Shown here: piece after piece, positions 50,678 through 62,614 of the stretch
How positions within the stretch are numbered: position 1 is the stretch's first letter
Layout: each line of letters opens with the position of its first letter
Assembly (NCBI GenBank): GCA_024704765.1
Contig: JAKMXF010000088.1
Coordinates: forward strand, 62,001-126,000
Direction: 5' to 3'
From: Oopsacas minuta
Lineage: Eukaryota; Animalia; Porifera
DNA length: 64,000 bases
Program-made: the position numbers and the translations under genes
Notes under the pieces: generated by a model
Databases searched by the model: none
What the model saw: only the letters and a program-made list of their open reading frames with translations
What the model was told of the DNA's origin: nothing

Positions 50678-51010
50678 CCACATCTAATGAACAACCAGTT
50701 GCTTTACCTCCTAACGATCCTATTGATTGCATTTTTCCTACTACTTCTATATTGAAAATACTGTTACTAGTGAAACTTCTCCTCTTGCATCTATTCTTCC
50801 TAATGAACCTACTTCTTCATTTACACCTGCATCAGCTTCTATCAACACGAAAAAGAAAACTAAAACCGCTGTTATCTTTGTACACGCAAACTTGACAGAA
50901 AGGTAGCAACAACTTGTTATTATTGTGAAGTCAATATTTGTGTTGACGATTCAGACCAATACTACGTGTGCAATAATTGCAGAGATGAGTTTGACTAGAA
51001 TTCTAGTTTT
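50678..51010 (+). mobile_element. piggyBac transposase C-terminal Cys-rich domain remnant
   Basis: With small frameshifts it reads KKKTKT-CYLCTRKLDRKVATTCYYCEVNICVD...CNNC. It lies on the opposite strand to the core at 43635-45200. Confidence 0.75.
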
Positions 51011-52236
51011 TGAGTTTTTTTAATGACTGGAACAATGATTAGTATTTATTACCAATTGAATTTCAATTGTTTTTAGTGTGAATTGCAAACATAGTTGATT
51101 TACTTCTATATTTAATTATTGTGTAATTTATATATAACTGTTCAAAGCTATTCATTTGTAAACAACAACAACAGGAAGTAAACATGTGTTTGTTTGTAAT
51201 GTTTATATAATAGTACTTACAGCGAATATTTCAAACCCAGCTATATCTAACACTCCAATGAGAAAGTTCTTTGAACACTAAAAACTATCACTTTGAATAT
51301 TTACATGTTTAGTTGTGTTTGTTTGTTTGTTTGTTATATACCTTTGTGCCTAAAGTTTGGTTAACTCTATCAACTATCCATTTGAACATCCTATCATATA
51401 GACTCATAGACAGAGCACTGATAGAAGATTCTACCTAGAAGGAGAATTTCCAAAAATTAATCAAAGATAATATCCACCCTGAGGGTATTAAGGGAAGAAA
51501 TACGGTACATGTATACATATATGAATTTATCGTCACCTGTTCAGATGATCGTCCTTGATACACCCATTCATTCCCAACTTTAATCCTCGGTTTAAGAAGA
51601 GATTTCTTCAAATCTTCTGACTTTATACCCAAAAGGTGTCCTACTCTATCTAACACTAAATATGAATATTTATATTATAAGAAAGGTGTGAAAATATGTC
51701 GGTAAAGTTGCATAACTTACACTCAAATGATTCCTGAGTTAAGCTAGCTTGTTCTTCATTCCTTTCTGTTGACAAGTCACATTTCCAAATATTAAAATTG
51801 CTGAAACTATTTATCTCAATTTCTGTAAATCCCAATGTATCGATTGCTCTCTATGCGAAGGGAAATCTGTGTATATTTGTGTTTGTTTGTTTGTTTTGTT
51901 TGTTGTTTACTTACTAGTGTGCTTTCAAATTCTCTAGTATCATTGATAGAGTCTACTGTCTCTATTCCTTTCGATAATATTCTATATTCTAGCGGATATC
52001 TGCTCTTCAGGAATTTTCTAGTAAACATCAATAAATACACATAATTCATTTACAAGAGGTGCTAATCTATTGGTTCCAATTGGAACTAATATTTAATTCA
52101 ACTCACTTAACGTAGTTTTGTCTACACATTTTAATAACTGATAGAATATGTGATAAGATCTCTCTCCTGGTTATTGCTGTATAACTCTTGATTTTTCTAG
52201 CAAATCTAGGGAAATGAAAAGTTAAAATTATCCTCT

Positions 52237-52490
52237 TTGATTGTATATTTGTTTATTTGTTTATTTGTTTGCTTGTGTATTTGTGTATTTGTTTATTTGT
52301 TTGTTTGTGTATTTGTTTATTTGTTTGTTTGTGTATTTGTTTATTTGTTGCTTGTGTATTTGTTTATTTATTTACTTGTGTATTTGTTTATTTGTTTATT
52401 TGTTTGTTTGTGTATTTATTTACTTGTGTATTTGTTTATTTGTTTATTTGTTTGTTTGTGTATTTGTTTATTTGTTTGATTGTTTGTTAG
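52237..52490. repeat. compound (TTTG/TTTA/GTGTA) microsatellite in a myosin intron, with an adjacent (CAA)n at 52580-52632
   Basis: Direct inspection. It explains the three spurious FVCLFV ORFs. Confidence 0.95.
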
Positions 52491-52579
52491 CTACTTACAA
52501 TACTCAATATCTGCTCCAGCTATTCTCCCTGTATTGCTGAAATGAATTCTAATAAACTTCCCCTAATCAATTAATAATT

Positions 52580-52631
<52 letters not shown>

Positions 52632-53434
52632 ACAAATCAACTTACAAATCTCGAGGAATTATCGTTTCGTATTGTCCTAGCATTCCCGAATGCTTCCAAC
52701 ACTGGATTAGCTTGAATAACCTTTTCCTCCAAATTTGCGAACTAAACAAACATTCCTTCATTATACCCATTAGTAAGCAAGGAGGAGTAATGTTACCATG
52801 GTAACATAAAGCTCTTCTAAATATGCTCGGATATTATAAGCGCCTTATCGGCCTCATTCACGTGGCAATATGCTTACAAAATGTGTGAACAAACCTCGCT
52901 CTGTTTAGTTCCAGTTACAGCTCTGGCTACAGAAGCGAAGTATTGTATAACTTTTTTAGCATTTTCTGTCTTTCCCGCTCCAGATTCTCCTCTACAAATA
53001 ATTGGCATACGATTACTCAGAGTTATTATAAGTGCATTTTTAAAACACAAATAACAACAACTCACGTAATTAATATTGACTGGTTTTCTTTATCTATAAA
53101 ATGAAATATTAATAATCAAAATGTATTACTATTATTGGTTAATTATAGAAATTAATTATTCAATAAATATACAAAATTTAATATATGAAATTTGATATTT
53201 TGTTTTTCAAAAAGTTGCAATTATACAAAATAACTAAGAAAGGACTTTCTACCACATTCCTTATAGTTTCCTAGCAACGAGACACATCGACATACACCTG
53301 CATAACCTCGTGTTTGTTTTGCTAACAATTCACATAATTTACAATAGTTGTTTGTTTGTCTACAAAATTATAAACAGCTATAAATAACTAAGATTTTCCT
53401 ATCAACCATTCAACTATTCTTCTATACAAATCAA

Positions 53435-54663
53435 ATGGCAGAACGCTTCGCTATTGCCCCCCAAGTCGTAGACCCCATTGAGACACACATCAACCACACA
53501 ATAGATGGTACCATAGGGCTACTGAACGTCCGTAGAGTTCAGCTGCTAAAACAAGTCCACAACATGCGAGAAGATGAAAGAGCCGCAGAGATCGCTCGAC
53601 AAGAAATGACTACACAACTGACAGAGGCTCAAGCATACCTACAGGGACATATGAAGGAACACCCCCTTCAGTCCATGCAGGAGAGAATGTCCAAAGAGAT
53701 AGAGGACAAATTGAGAGATCTACGTAACAACAATCCTGTAGAGAGCGTATTAAAGTGGCAGTGTGACACACGTGAATTAGAAACTTATATTTCCCGCCTG
53801 GGAGATATTGTGCAAGAACCAGTGGGTGTACCAAAGTATTCTACATTCCAGACGTCTACTGTCGCTACTGGAAAACAAGGTTCAGGTCCTGGCCAGTTGT
53901 ATCATCCACGAGGTGTAGCTATACATGAAGCTACTAACCAAATATTCGTAGCTAATTATTCCAATAACAGAATAGAGATATTCTCTGATACAGGAGAGTA
54001 CCTCAATCAACTGGATGTAGGACAACTGAATAGGCCATGGGGTATAGCTATACACGGAGAGAATGTGTATGTCAGCTGCTGGAGAGATAACACTATTACC
54101 AATTCACACTAACTGACATGAGTCTTGTTAGGAAGATAAGAGGATTGGGATCAAACAACGGACAATTCAACTATCCTTGTCAACTAACAACAGATCCCAT
54201 CGGTCACGTGTTTATAGCAGATAGCGGTAATCACAGAATCAGTATACACGACACAGACTTGAACCATCTACGTAACATTACTCATCAGTCGATAACACAA
54301 CCATTTGATGTTAAAGTGTCACGTGACCGCGTGTACGTACTGTGTCCAGATAACAACCTGTGTATGCTCGTGCTAGCCCTAGAGGGAGACAAGCTACACT
54401 CCCTCATTACTAGAGGACAAGGCATGGATGTGTTAAGCTCTTACTTCTTCTGTCTAGATTCACTTAACAACTTTGTTATTAGCGATCAAGACTCTCACTC
54501 AATTCGGGTATTCTCTCCAGAAGGCAATCTCCTACACAAGATAGGAACAGAGGGACACCAACAAGGAATGTTATATAAACCCCTAGGAATAGCTATAACT
54601 CCAAACGGGAGATTAGTTAGTGTGTCAAGTAATAAGAACTACGGCCTACAAATATTCTATTAG
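53435..54663 (+). pseudogene. coiled-coil + NHL gene with a single 1-bp frameshift, nested antisense in a myosin intron
   Basis: The 225-aa and 181-aa ORFs join if one base is restored at about 54098 (the paralogue reads ATAAGCCAATTC, this copy ATTACCAATTC). It lies inside intron 53094-54795. Confidence 0.85.
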
Positions 54664-56455
54664 TTAATTATTTTGTTGTTTGTTTATCCTAAATTTATAT
54701 GGAAAAATCATTTTGCCAATCTTTCACATTTAGTTAAAGTACCTAACAAACAAACAAACAAACAAACAAACAAACAAACAACAACAAATACTTACTTCTT
54801 AACACCTGTTGATAAGCCTGATCTGTAATGCCATAAATATGAGGAGGCAATTCACACCTTTTCTTCCCTCTATACATTTGTACAACTTTATCGGTGTATA
54901 TTGGAAATAACTTGTATGGATTTATAGTCACACAAAATATCCCAGAATATGTCTACAGGATAATGAAATGGGTTAATTTGGAGATCACATGGACTCCCTG
55001 CTGGGAACCGCTGTCTGCTATAACTCACATAGATAAGATTAGACTGATATCTTTGCTTAAGATTGTGTAGGACAGATGCTTCATTCAAGTATGTGAGTTC
55101 TGCCATATCTTCAGATTTATCGAACTTAGTTGGATTCATTTGTTCGGTATCTTCGATGTATACATCTCTTCTCTAAATCAGTATTTCAATGACATAATAC
55201 TCCTGTTATATCTATACTCAAGGGACCGTGATTTACTTCGATATAACCAATAGAATATTTGTTACTTTAACTGTCTGGGATCATATTTGTATAATTTCAC
55301 ACTTCGATATAAGCGGGAATTTCGAGATTTCCGTCTTCAGCTTAACTAGAGCTGACTATTTAGACTTCCAACTACCAATAAGATAATAATCTATAGTTTG
55401 TTGAGAAAATATGGAAAATTCCAAGGGCCTTGTAGTTCTAAAAATGCGGAACTGAATCTCAGGAATGAGATTAGTCCTTTACAAGGCTAATCACTGGGTG
55501 AACAAACAGATATACAACATGACAAACTCTCCTTTATTTCACTATTAATATAACACATAAAGTCAAGAATTTGTTTACATTTTAGAAGTAAACAACTTAC
55601 TGTTCTATCTTCCATTTCTACCTCAAATCTATCTCCTTTCTGTTGTAGTATAGTAGCTAACAAGAATACCTTATTCTCATTTTCACTTTCATCAATTATC
55701 CATACCTGCTTCTTTCCCTCTCTCCCAACTTCATTTACCAAATTCTTAGTCCCACTACGAAGATATCTGCCCGCTTCTTCAAAACTAGCCATTTACAAAT
55801 CGAATTATCCAATTTACAAATCAATCAGTTTATACACACACGCACAGTTTTATATGAGAAATTAGCTTGTAATGTGTAAATGGCTTAATGCCACTAAATA
55901 CAGTGTTAGGCCTATGAGTAGATATCACAAATACTCTTCCATTTATGCTCTATTCAGATTCTTAAGTAATTAATTACAAATTCTACTGATAAAGTGATAA
56001 AGAAGTTGGTAATCTTTGTAAGAATTATTATCAAAGAGATTATAATATTGTTGTCAGCTGTAATTATATAAAACTTGTTTGGAACTATTATAAGAAATGT
56101 TGTTTGTTCAAGCGGAAGGTGTACCTGCGTTTCCACAGTTCTCCATGGAATGTTATCTACCTATGTACCCTTTCAAATATCTAAGTGATATCTTCTAATC
56201 TCTGAGAAAAATAGGTGATAAAGTGTTCTATCCCATGATAATATATTTCAAATTTCCTGAAATAGATTGAGGAAGTCAAACTTGAAATTTGGTGTGAGTG
56301 TAGGATATGATGTTTCTAGGTGTCTTTCCTCTCTGAGATAGGTGACTAATATATCCTGACCTATCAGATTTAACTTATAGGAGTTTCACACTGTCACTAG
56401 CTTCCCTAACATTCTTGTAGTTATAGCCTGCTTACTTTATTCCATAATTAATACC

Positions 56456-56917
56456 CAGACTTGCCAACCCTCCAGGGATCCCTGGATTACCCCGAGATTT
56501 GACCTCTGATCCAGGGATTCGAAAGTTTGTATCGGCCGGGTAAATTGTGAATTTTCAACTACGATGTTAATAACTATAAGTGTTACATAACAATCAATAA
56601 GTTATTCTTCAGAACTAGATTATATATAACCTAGAAAAAGATCCAGAGATTTCCCTGGATCATCCAGATATTTCCCTGGATCTTTAGTTAGGGAGTTACA
56701 AGCTCCTTCTCAGACGTACGGGTTCTTGTTGAGTTATATAATATCTCTGATATATCTATGCATATAATCTATACGAATTATCTCCGAACAACTCCATAAT
56801 GGTGACTTCCAAACTGGTTTATAAGTGAGAAGTAAAATGATCCAGGGAAATTGTTAAAAATCCAGGGATTTTAAGATTTCAATCCAGGGAATTATCAACG
56901 AAGGGTTGGTAAGTCTG
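56456..56917. mobile_element. hAT-like MITE with an apparent 6-bp TSD
   Basis: TIR CAGACTT(G/A)CCAACCCT, flanked by AATACC on both sides, with internal CCAGGGA repeats. Confidence 0.75.
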
Positions 56918-57129
56918 AATACCACATATATATCACCACATCATTATACACAGTATATAATATAACCCTTAGCTGCAGTACATGTGTCTCTGAAATATTC
57001 ATACATTCCTAGAGTGTATCCATGACAACCACTAACACGTAGTTGCTAGAACAGGTTGCAGTTTTTTGTCGGTTTGTAGTAATATATTCAGGCATAGCAC
57101 ATTGTTAGAACGTTTGAGTGTATCTAGTA

Positions 57130-57233
57130 CAGTCAACTCCGGTTATATCTAACACGGATATATCCAAATACCCGCTTATACTGGAGTAATTATCACAGTC
57201 CCTTGAGCTTCGGTATATAACAGGAGTTCACTG
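57130..57233. mobile_element. Tc1/pogo-type MITE (relatives at about 55200-55330, 57891-57969, 58508-58673)
   Basis: TA|CAGTCAACTCCGGTTATAT ... ATATAACAGGAGTTCACTG|TA. Confidence 0.75.
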
Positions 57234-59989
57234 TATTATCATTTGTCCGTTAGGTCTCAAATTTCCAGAGGTTTGTATAACCTTCAGATTAGTGAGGGTC
57301 TACTGTAGTAATTAACCCATATTATACTTCTATTTATAGTACAGAATCTATAATTAGTAACATAAATGCCTTCTGGAAATGCAAGAAAGCGGAAAGCACA
57401 GAAGAAAGCCGCGGCGAATAGGAACCATCAAGATAAGTCACAAGCAAAACCAGCAACCAATCATATTGCAGAACAGTTTCCAGATGCTGCTAACAATATA
57501 GATATAGAGCTTAATGGAACTGAAACTATAGAGCATAAATTAGAAGTTATAGAATTAACAGATTGTTCTTAACACCAGTTCTACAGGTCTGTTTGTTATA
57601 ATAGAATTTGATAATTTATATATTTCCTACTTAATTGTAATGAAATATCAGAGTTAGTTCCAGATTCGGAACCAAAAGATAAGTTAGTTCCAGTTTCAGA
57701 CCCTAAGGATGAGTTAGTTGCAAATTCAGATGAGGAATTAACTGGATCAGATGAGGGTAATGAGGTCAAAAGTAAATTGTCGTTAGAAACACAGAGAGGA
57801 GTTACTGGGGTTCTGAATTCACATCCGGAATCAAGGGATTTACACGTTACACAGGTAGTAAACAAACAAACAAACAAACAAACAAATAAACAGTAAATAT
57901 CAGTTATAAGAACATGCTGGATATAAGCACCATCCTCTGGAAAATGGTTCTTATAACCGGTATCCACTGACAGTCTAAAGTGTCAGAATCGAATTCTACG
58001 TAAGCAGGTGGAAGTTATCTCTAGGACAATTTTGAAATATTCACCAGAAGGTGTGAAAATATGATTAATCATATGATAAATTAATTATTTCTGCAGTTCA
58101 TTACAGTGTGGTAATACAATTACACACATCCCCAGAACCAATTAACGGCTATTATGCCTAACCTACAATGTGTAATATAATAACAGGTGACAATATCTTC
58201 ACATGGATCTGAGCTGCTATCAGATGCTAAATTGGAACTCAACTATGGTAGAAAATACAGACTAGTTGGATGAATGGCTGCGGTAAGACTACACTATTGG
58301 AGGCTATTGCTGGCAGAGAGATTCCTGTACCAAAACACTTTGATATATATCTGCATCAACAGGAAGTATGTTGTTATATATACATTTAGAGTGCTGTTTT
58401 ATTCCCCATGGGTTCAAGATAAGACCCCTAATAGACCTCTATTATATGATATGTTGTTTATTTATTTGTCGAATGTCTTTGACACTTAATTATTTGCAAA
58501 TACAATTAACTCCTGTTATATCTAAGGTTAAGGAATCATGATAATTACTTCAATATAACCGATTGAATAGGTGTTACTTTGACGGTTTGTGACCATATTT
58601 GTACAATTTAACACTTCGATATAAGCGGGTTTTTCGAGATATCCGTGTCAGATATAACAGATGTTGACTGTAGTTAGATATTATGTTATATGTAGGCAGA
58701 GTCAAGTGACAAGGCAGCATTACAGCTAGTTATAGAAGTAGGTGAGGAGATATCACGCATAGAAGATGAGATAGTAGAGCTTAGCTGTGCAGATGAGGAA
58801 TGGGCTAAGGAGAGAATAACAGAATTATATGATAGAATGGAAGAGCTGGATTGTGTGCTGAGAGCAAGGCTGCTGAAATACTACATGGATTAGGTTAGAG
58901 CTAAACCTGTGAAGTAGTTGGGAGACACAATTTAAGTAAATTTACGGACTATTCCCACCCCTTTCACCCGCGAACCCTATACGAATTTAAGATCCTTTCC
59001 CCTCCAGGTGTTTGTCTCAATAACAGCAATTTAGTGACAATTACAATTACGTCAGCACTGAGTGTATTTTTGATATTTTCATAGGATTCACAAGTAAAAT
59101 GATGGAGAGACAATCTAAGGATTTCTCTTGGGGGTTGGAGGATGAGAATAGTACTGGCTAAGGCTCTATTTGTCAAGCCACTGATCCTACTTCTTGATGA
59201 ACCAACTAACCATCTTGATTTGTGTGCCTGTGTCTGGTTGGAACAGGAACTGAAGAAGTATAAAAGGATTCTTGTGCTAGTTTCTCACTCTCTCAGGCTA
59301 ATTATTAAGTGAATGGTTGTTATAATATTTTGAAATCCTTTGAGGGAATACCAAACTGAAATTAATTTCTAATTCATTCTCAGGTTTTGTTGTAGCTTTC
59401 TCTTAATGTAATTAGTATTCGTAAATAATACTCCTGAATGAATCACACATTAATTACATTTCACTAACACGATGGTTTAATCATTTTATTCGTATATAAT
59501 TGACTCAGAATCCACAACACATGTTTGTTTGTTACGCATATACACTACAGCCATTATGTATATACAAATATTCAGATACACAGCGTATATATTAATTTGA
59601 AATATCTACCAGCGGGGATGCCCTGATATTGTTACTAATGTATTTTACAGGATTTCATGAATGGGGTTTGCACTAACATAATACATCTCCAAAAACGAAG
59701 TCTGTTCTATTACAGAGGCAATTATGACGTGTACGTCCGAACGAGATCTGAACTGGAAGAACACCAGATGAAACGACACAATTGGGAGCAAGAGCAGATT
59801 AAACATATGAAGGACTGATAAAGTTGTATCTGATAAGGTAGGCTGTTATTCATTTAGATATTGACCAATAGAATTGTAGCTTTATAGTTCAGTGATCGGG
59901 TTTGGAAAATTTGGTTAATTTTTTGTTTTTGTAATATTACTGAATGTCCGATAAACATACAAGTAAACAAACAACAACTAATAATATAG

Positions 59990-61178
59990 CTAATAGAATA
60001 TTTCGAGGCCGTAGTTCTTATTATTTGACAAACTAACTAATCTTCCGTTTGGAGTTATAGCTATTCCTTTGGGGTTATATAACATTCCTTGTTGGTGTCT
60101 CTTTGTCCCTATCTTGTGTAGGAGATTGCCTTCTGGAGAGAATACCCGAATTGTGTGAGTGTCTTCATCGCTAATAACAAAGTTATTAAGTGAATCTAGA
60201 CAGAAGAAGTAAGGGAATAAAACATCCATGCCTTGTCCACAGGTAATGAGGGAGTGTAGCTTGCCTCCCTCTAGGGTTAGCACGTGCATACACGGGTTGT
60301 TATTTCGACACAGTACGTACACGCGGTTACGTGACACTTTAACATCAACTGGTTGTGCCATAGACTTATGAGTAATGTTACGGAGATGGTTCAGGTCTGT
60401 GTCGTGTACGCTGATTCTGTTGTTATCACTATCTGCTATAAACACGTGACCGATGGGATCTGTTGTTAGTTGACAAGGATAATTGAATTGTCCGTTGTTT
60501 GATCCCATACCTCCTACCTTCCTAACAAGACTCATGTTAGTTAGTGTGAATTGGCTTATAGTGTGACGCCTCAAGCAGCTGACATATACATTCTCTTCGT
60601 GTATAGCTATGCTGTATGGACTATCCAGCTGTTCTACACCCAGCTGATTGAGGTACTCTCCTGTACCAGAGAATATCTCTACTCTGTTAGTGAAACAATC
60701 AGCTACGAATATTTGGTTAGTAGCTTCATGTATAGCTACACCTTGTGGAGAATTCAACTGGCCAGGACCCGAACCTTTCTTCCCAGTAGCGACAGTAGAC
60801 GTCTGGAATGTGGAATACTTTGGCACGCCCACTGGTTCTTGCACAATATCACCGAGGCGGGAAATACAGGTTTCTAATTCACGTGTGTCACACTGCCACT
60901 GTAATTTGGTCTCTACAGGAATGTTGATCCGCAGTTCTCGTAATTTGTCCTCCATTTCCTTGTCAATCCTCTCCTGCATGGACTGGAGGGGTTTTCTTTC
61001 AATTGCCCTTGGAGATATAATTGAGCTTCTGTCAGTTGTGTGGTCATTTCCTGTCTACCCGTCTCAGCAGCTGAGCTCTGCGGACGTTGAGTTTCATTAC
61101 CAGACCATCTATTGTGTTATTGATATGTGTTTCTATAGGATCTACAACTTGAGGAGGGACAGCGTAGCGTTCTGCCAT
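59990..61178 (-). pseudogene. coiled-coil + NHL paralogue of 53435-54663, N-terminally disrupted, nested antisense in an ABCF2 intron
   Basis: ATG at 61178 (MAERYAVPPQVVDPIETHIN). Relative to the paralogue it has a 40-bp deletion at about 61060 and a 1-bp deletion at about 60990. The NHL half (329-aa ORF) is open. Confidence 0.82.
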
Positions 61179-61345
61179 AATTAGATAAATATTTCTCTCA
61201 GAAGAGGTGATAGAAAAATCACATAAGTAAACAAACAAACAACTTTGATAGTTACTTATAAGTTAATATTATGGTTAATTAATAAACAAATAACAATCAA
61301 TGTAATTACAGTTTTGTAATCCTAATAATCACTTAACACAAATAT

Positions 61346-61346
<1 letters not shown>

Positions 61347-61390
<44 letters not shown>
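61347..61390. repeat. (GTT)n microsatellite
   Basis: Direct inspection. Confidence 0.95.
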
Positions 61391-61411
61391 ATTACATAAA
61401 ACAACAAACAC

Positions 61412-62614
61412 TTAATAAAAAATCTGTAAACAAGCATATTTCGTATTCGACACACAAATAATTTTCCCTGCCAAACTGAATGCGATCCCTTTACATTCGA
61501 TTAGCACTCCTTTGTCCTCAATCACACCTACTTTCTGTACCAATTGTCCATCTTTTGAGAACACTTTGATACAATTTGCACCCATATCACTGATAAGAAA
61601 ATTGTTATGAACATCCAAACAGAAAAACCATCCCAACTCTACATCCATGCCTTGTCCAATGGTTATGATAGAGTTCACGTGTTCTCCTGTTGGTGTGAAC
61701 ACGTGCATACACATCGTTTTACGCTCAGTTAAGATGTATATATGTTCACGTGTTGTCTTCACATCAGTAGGGAACACTATAGAATCATGTGTTATGTTAC
61801 GTACGTGTATTAGTTCAGGTTCAAATATACAAATACGATGGTTAAAGCAGTCTGCGACGAATATGGACCCATCTGGAGAGACCGTTATTTGACGAGGCCA
61901 TTTGAACTCTCCATTCTCTGGTCCAAACTTTCCAATACTGTTTACACAACTCAAATCCGTGAGTTTGAAGCGAAAAAGCGCGTGGTGTCCCCAGTCACAA
62001 ACGTATACGTGTAGTTGATCAATCGCAATACCCCAAGGACATTTCAATTTTTGTTCACCAAAATGTTTGAGTAGAATTCCGTTCTCATCGAATATCTGAA
62101 TTCCACTGTGAGTATGCTCTGCTACAAATATTTGATTGGTTATGTTATCGATTGCTATTCCGAATGGAAGGATATTTTCGATTGCACCTACTGCTATTTG
62201 TGATTGGAATGCTGCATAGTTTGTTTTCACACCTCTTCGCTCGACAGTATCCCCGAAATTACAAATACATTCCTCAAGTTCAATACGGTTGCATTCAAAT
62301 GACAAATGCGTTTCTACTAAAATGCTTTCTCTCAAAGCCAAAATCTTTTCTTCCAATTCTTCCACCATTCGGTTAGTCATTTCTTGAAACGAGTTTTCCT
62401 TCAAATTTCCTTGCAACTGATTTTGGGCCTCAACTAACTGACGTACCTTTTCCATTCTTGTTCCTTCCGTGGATTGTTTATGTTGACTTTTTTCTCTGAA
62501 CGAAGTTAAAAGCTCCATTCGCCGGGTATTCAGTAATTGTATATATTTATTGATTAGCGCATTTATCAACTCTTCAATGGGATTTTCATCCAATTTCCTG
62601 CCATTTACTTCCAA
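61412..62614 (-). CDS. coiled-coil + NHL-repeat protein, intronless, 400 aa, apparently intact, nested antisense in an ABCF2 intron
   Basis: Uninterrupted ORF with a helical N-terminus and NHL blades (PFGIAIDNITNQIFVAE, GEFKWPRQITVSPDGSIFVADCFNHRI, FFCLDVHNNFLISD). Lies within intron about 59838-63078. Confidence 0.85.
   Translation of the reverse strand: MEVNGRKLDENPIEELINALINKYIQLLNTRRMELLTSFREKSQHKQSTEGTRMEKVRQLVEAQNQLQGNLKENSFQEMTNRMVEELEEKILALRESILVETHLSFECNRIELEECICNFGDTVERRGVKTNYAAFQSQIAVGAIENILPFGIAIDNITNQIFVAEHTHSGIQIFDENGILLKHFGEQKLKCPWGIAIDQLHVYVCDWGHHALFRFKLTDLSCVNSIGKFGPENGEFKWPRQITVSPDGSIFVADCFNHRICIFEPELIHVRNITHDSIVFPTDVKTTREHIYILTERKTMCMHVFTPTGEHVNSIITIGQGMDVELGWFFCLDVHNNFLISDMGANCIKVFSKDGQLVQKVGVIEDKGVLIECKGIAFSLAGKIICVSNTKYACLQIFY

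Larger units (their letters stand above)
51123..55792 (-). pseudogene. myosin II heavy chain (striated-type-like), 5' half of the motor only, unprocessed pseudogene
   Basis: Exons include 55792-55601, 55172-55029, 54952-54796, 53093-53066, 52991-52895, 52741-52646, 52562-52499 and 52205-52107. Motifs are [33 protein letters not shown] and GVLDIAGFEIF. Lesions: TAA at 52171-52173, frameshifts near 51750-51810, acceptor AG>AA at about 51158 and NSFEQLYINYT (C>Y), after which homology ends. Confidence 0.9.

Noticed and set aside
52237-52540. Three overlapping ORFs rich in FVCLFV
   Set aside because: These are translations of a TTTG/TTTA microsatellite in a myosin intron; all three frames are open only because the repeat lacks stops.
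57596-57967. 123-aa minus-strand ORF as a gene
   Set aside because: It is the antisense of ABCF2 exon 2 plus a microsatellite and a small MITE.
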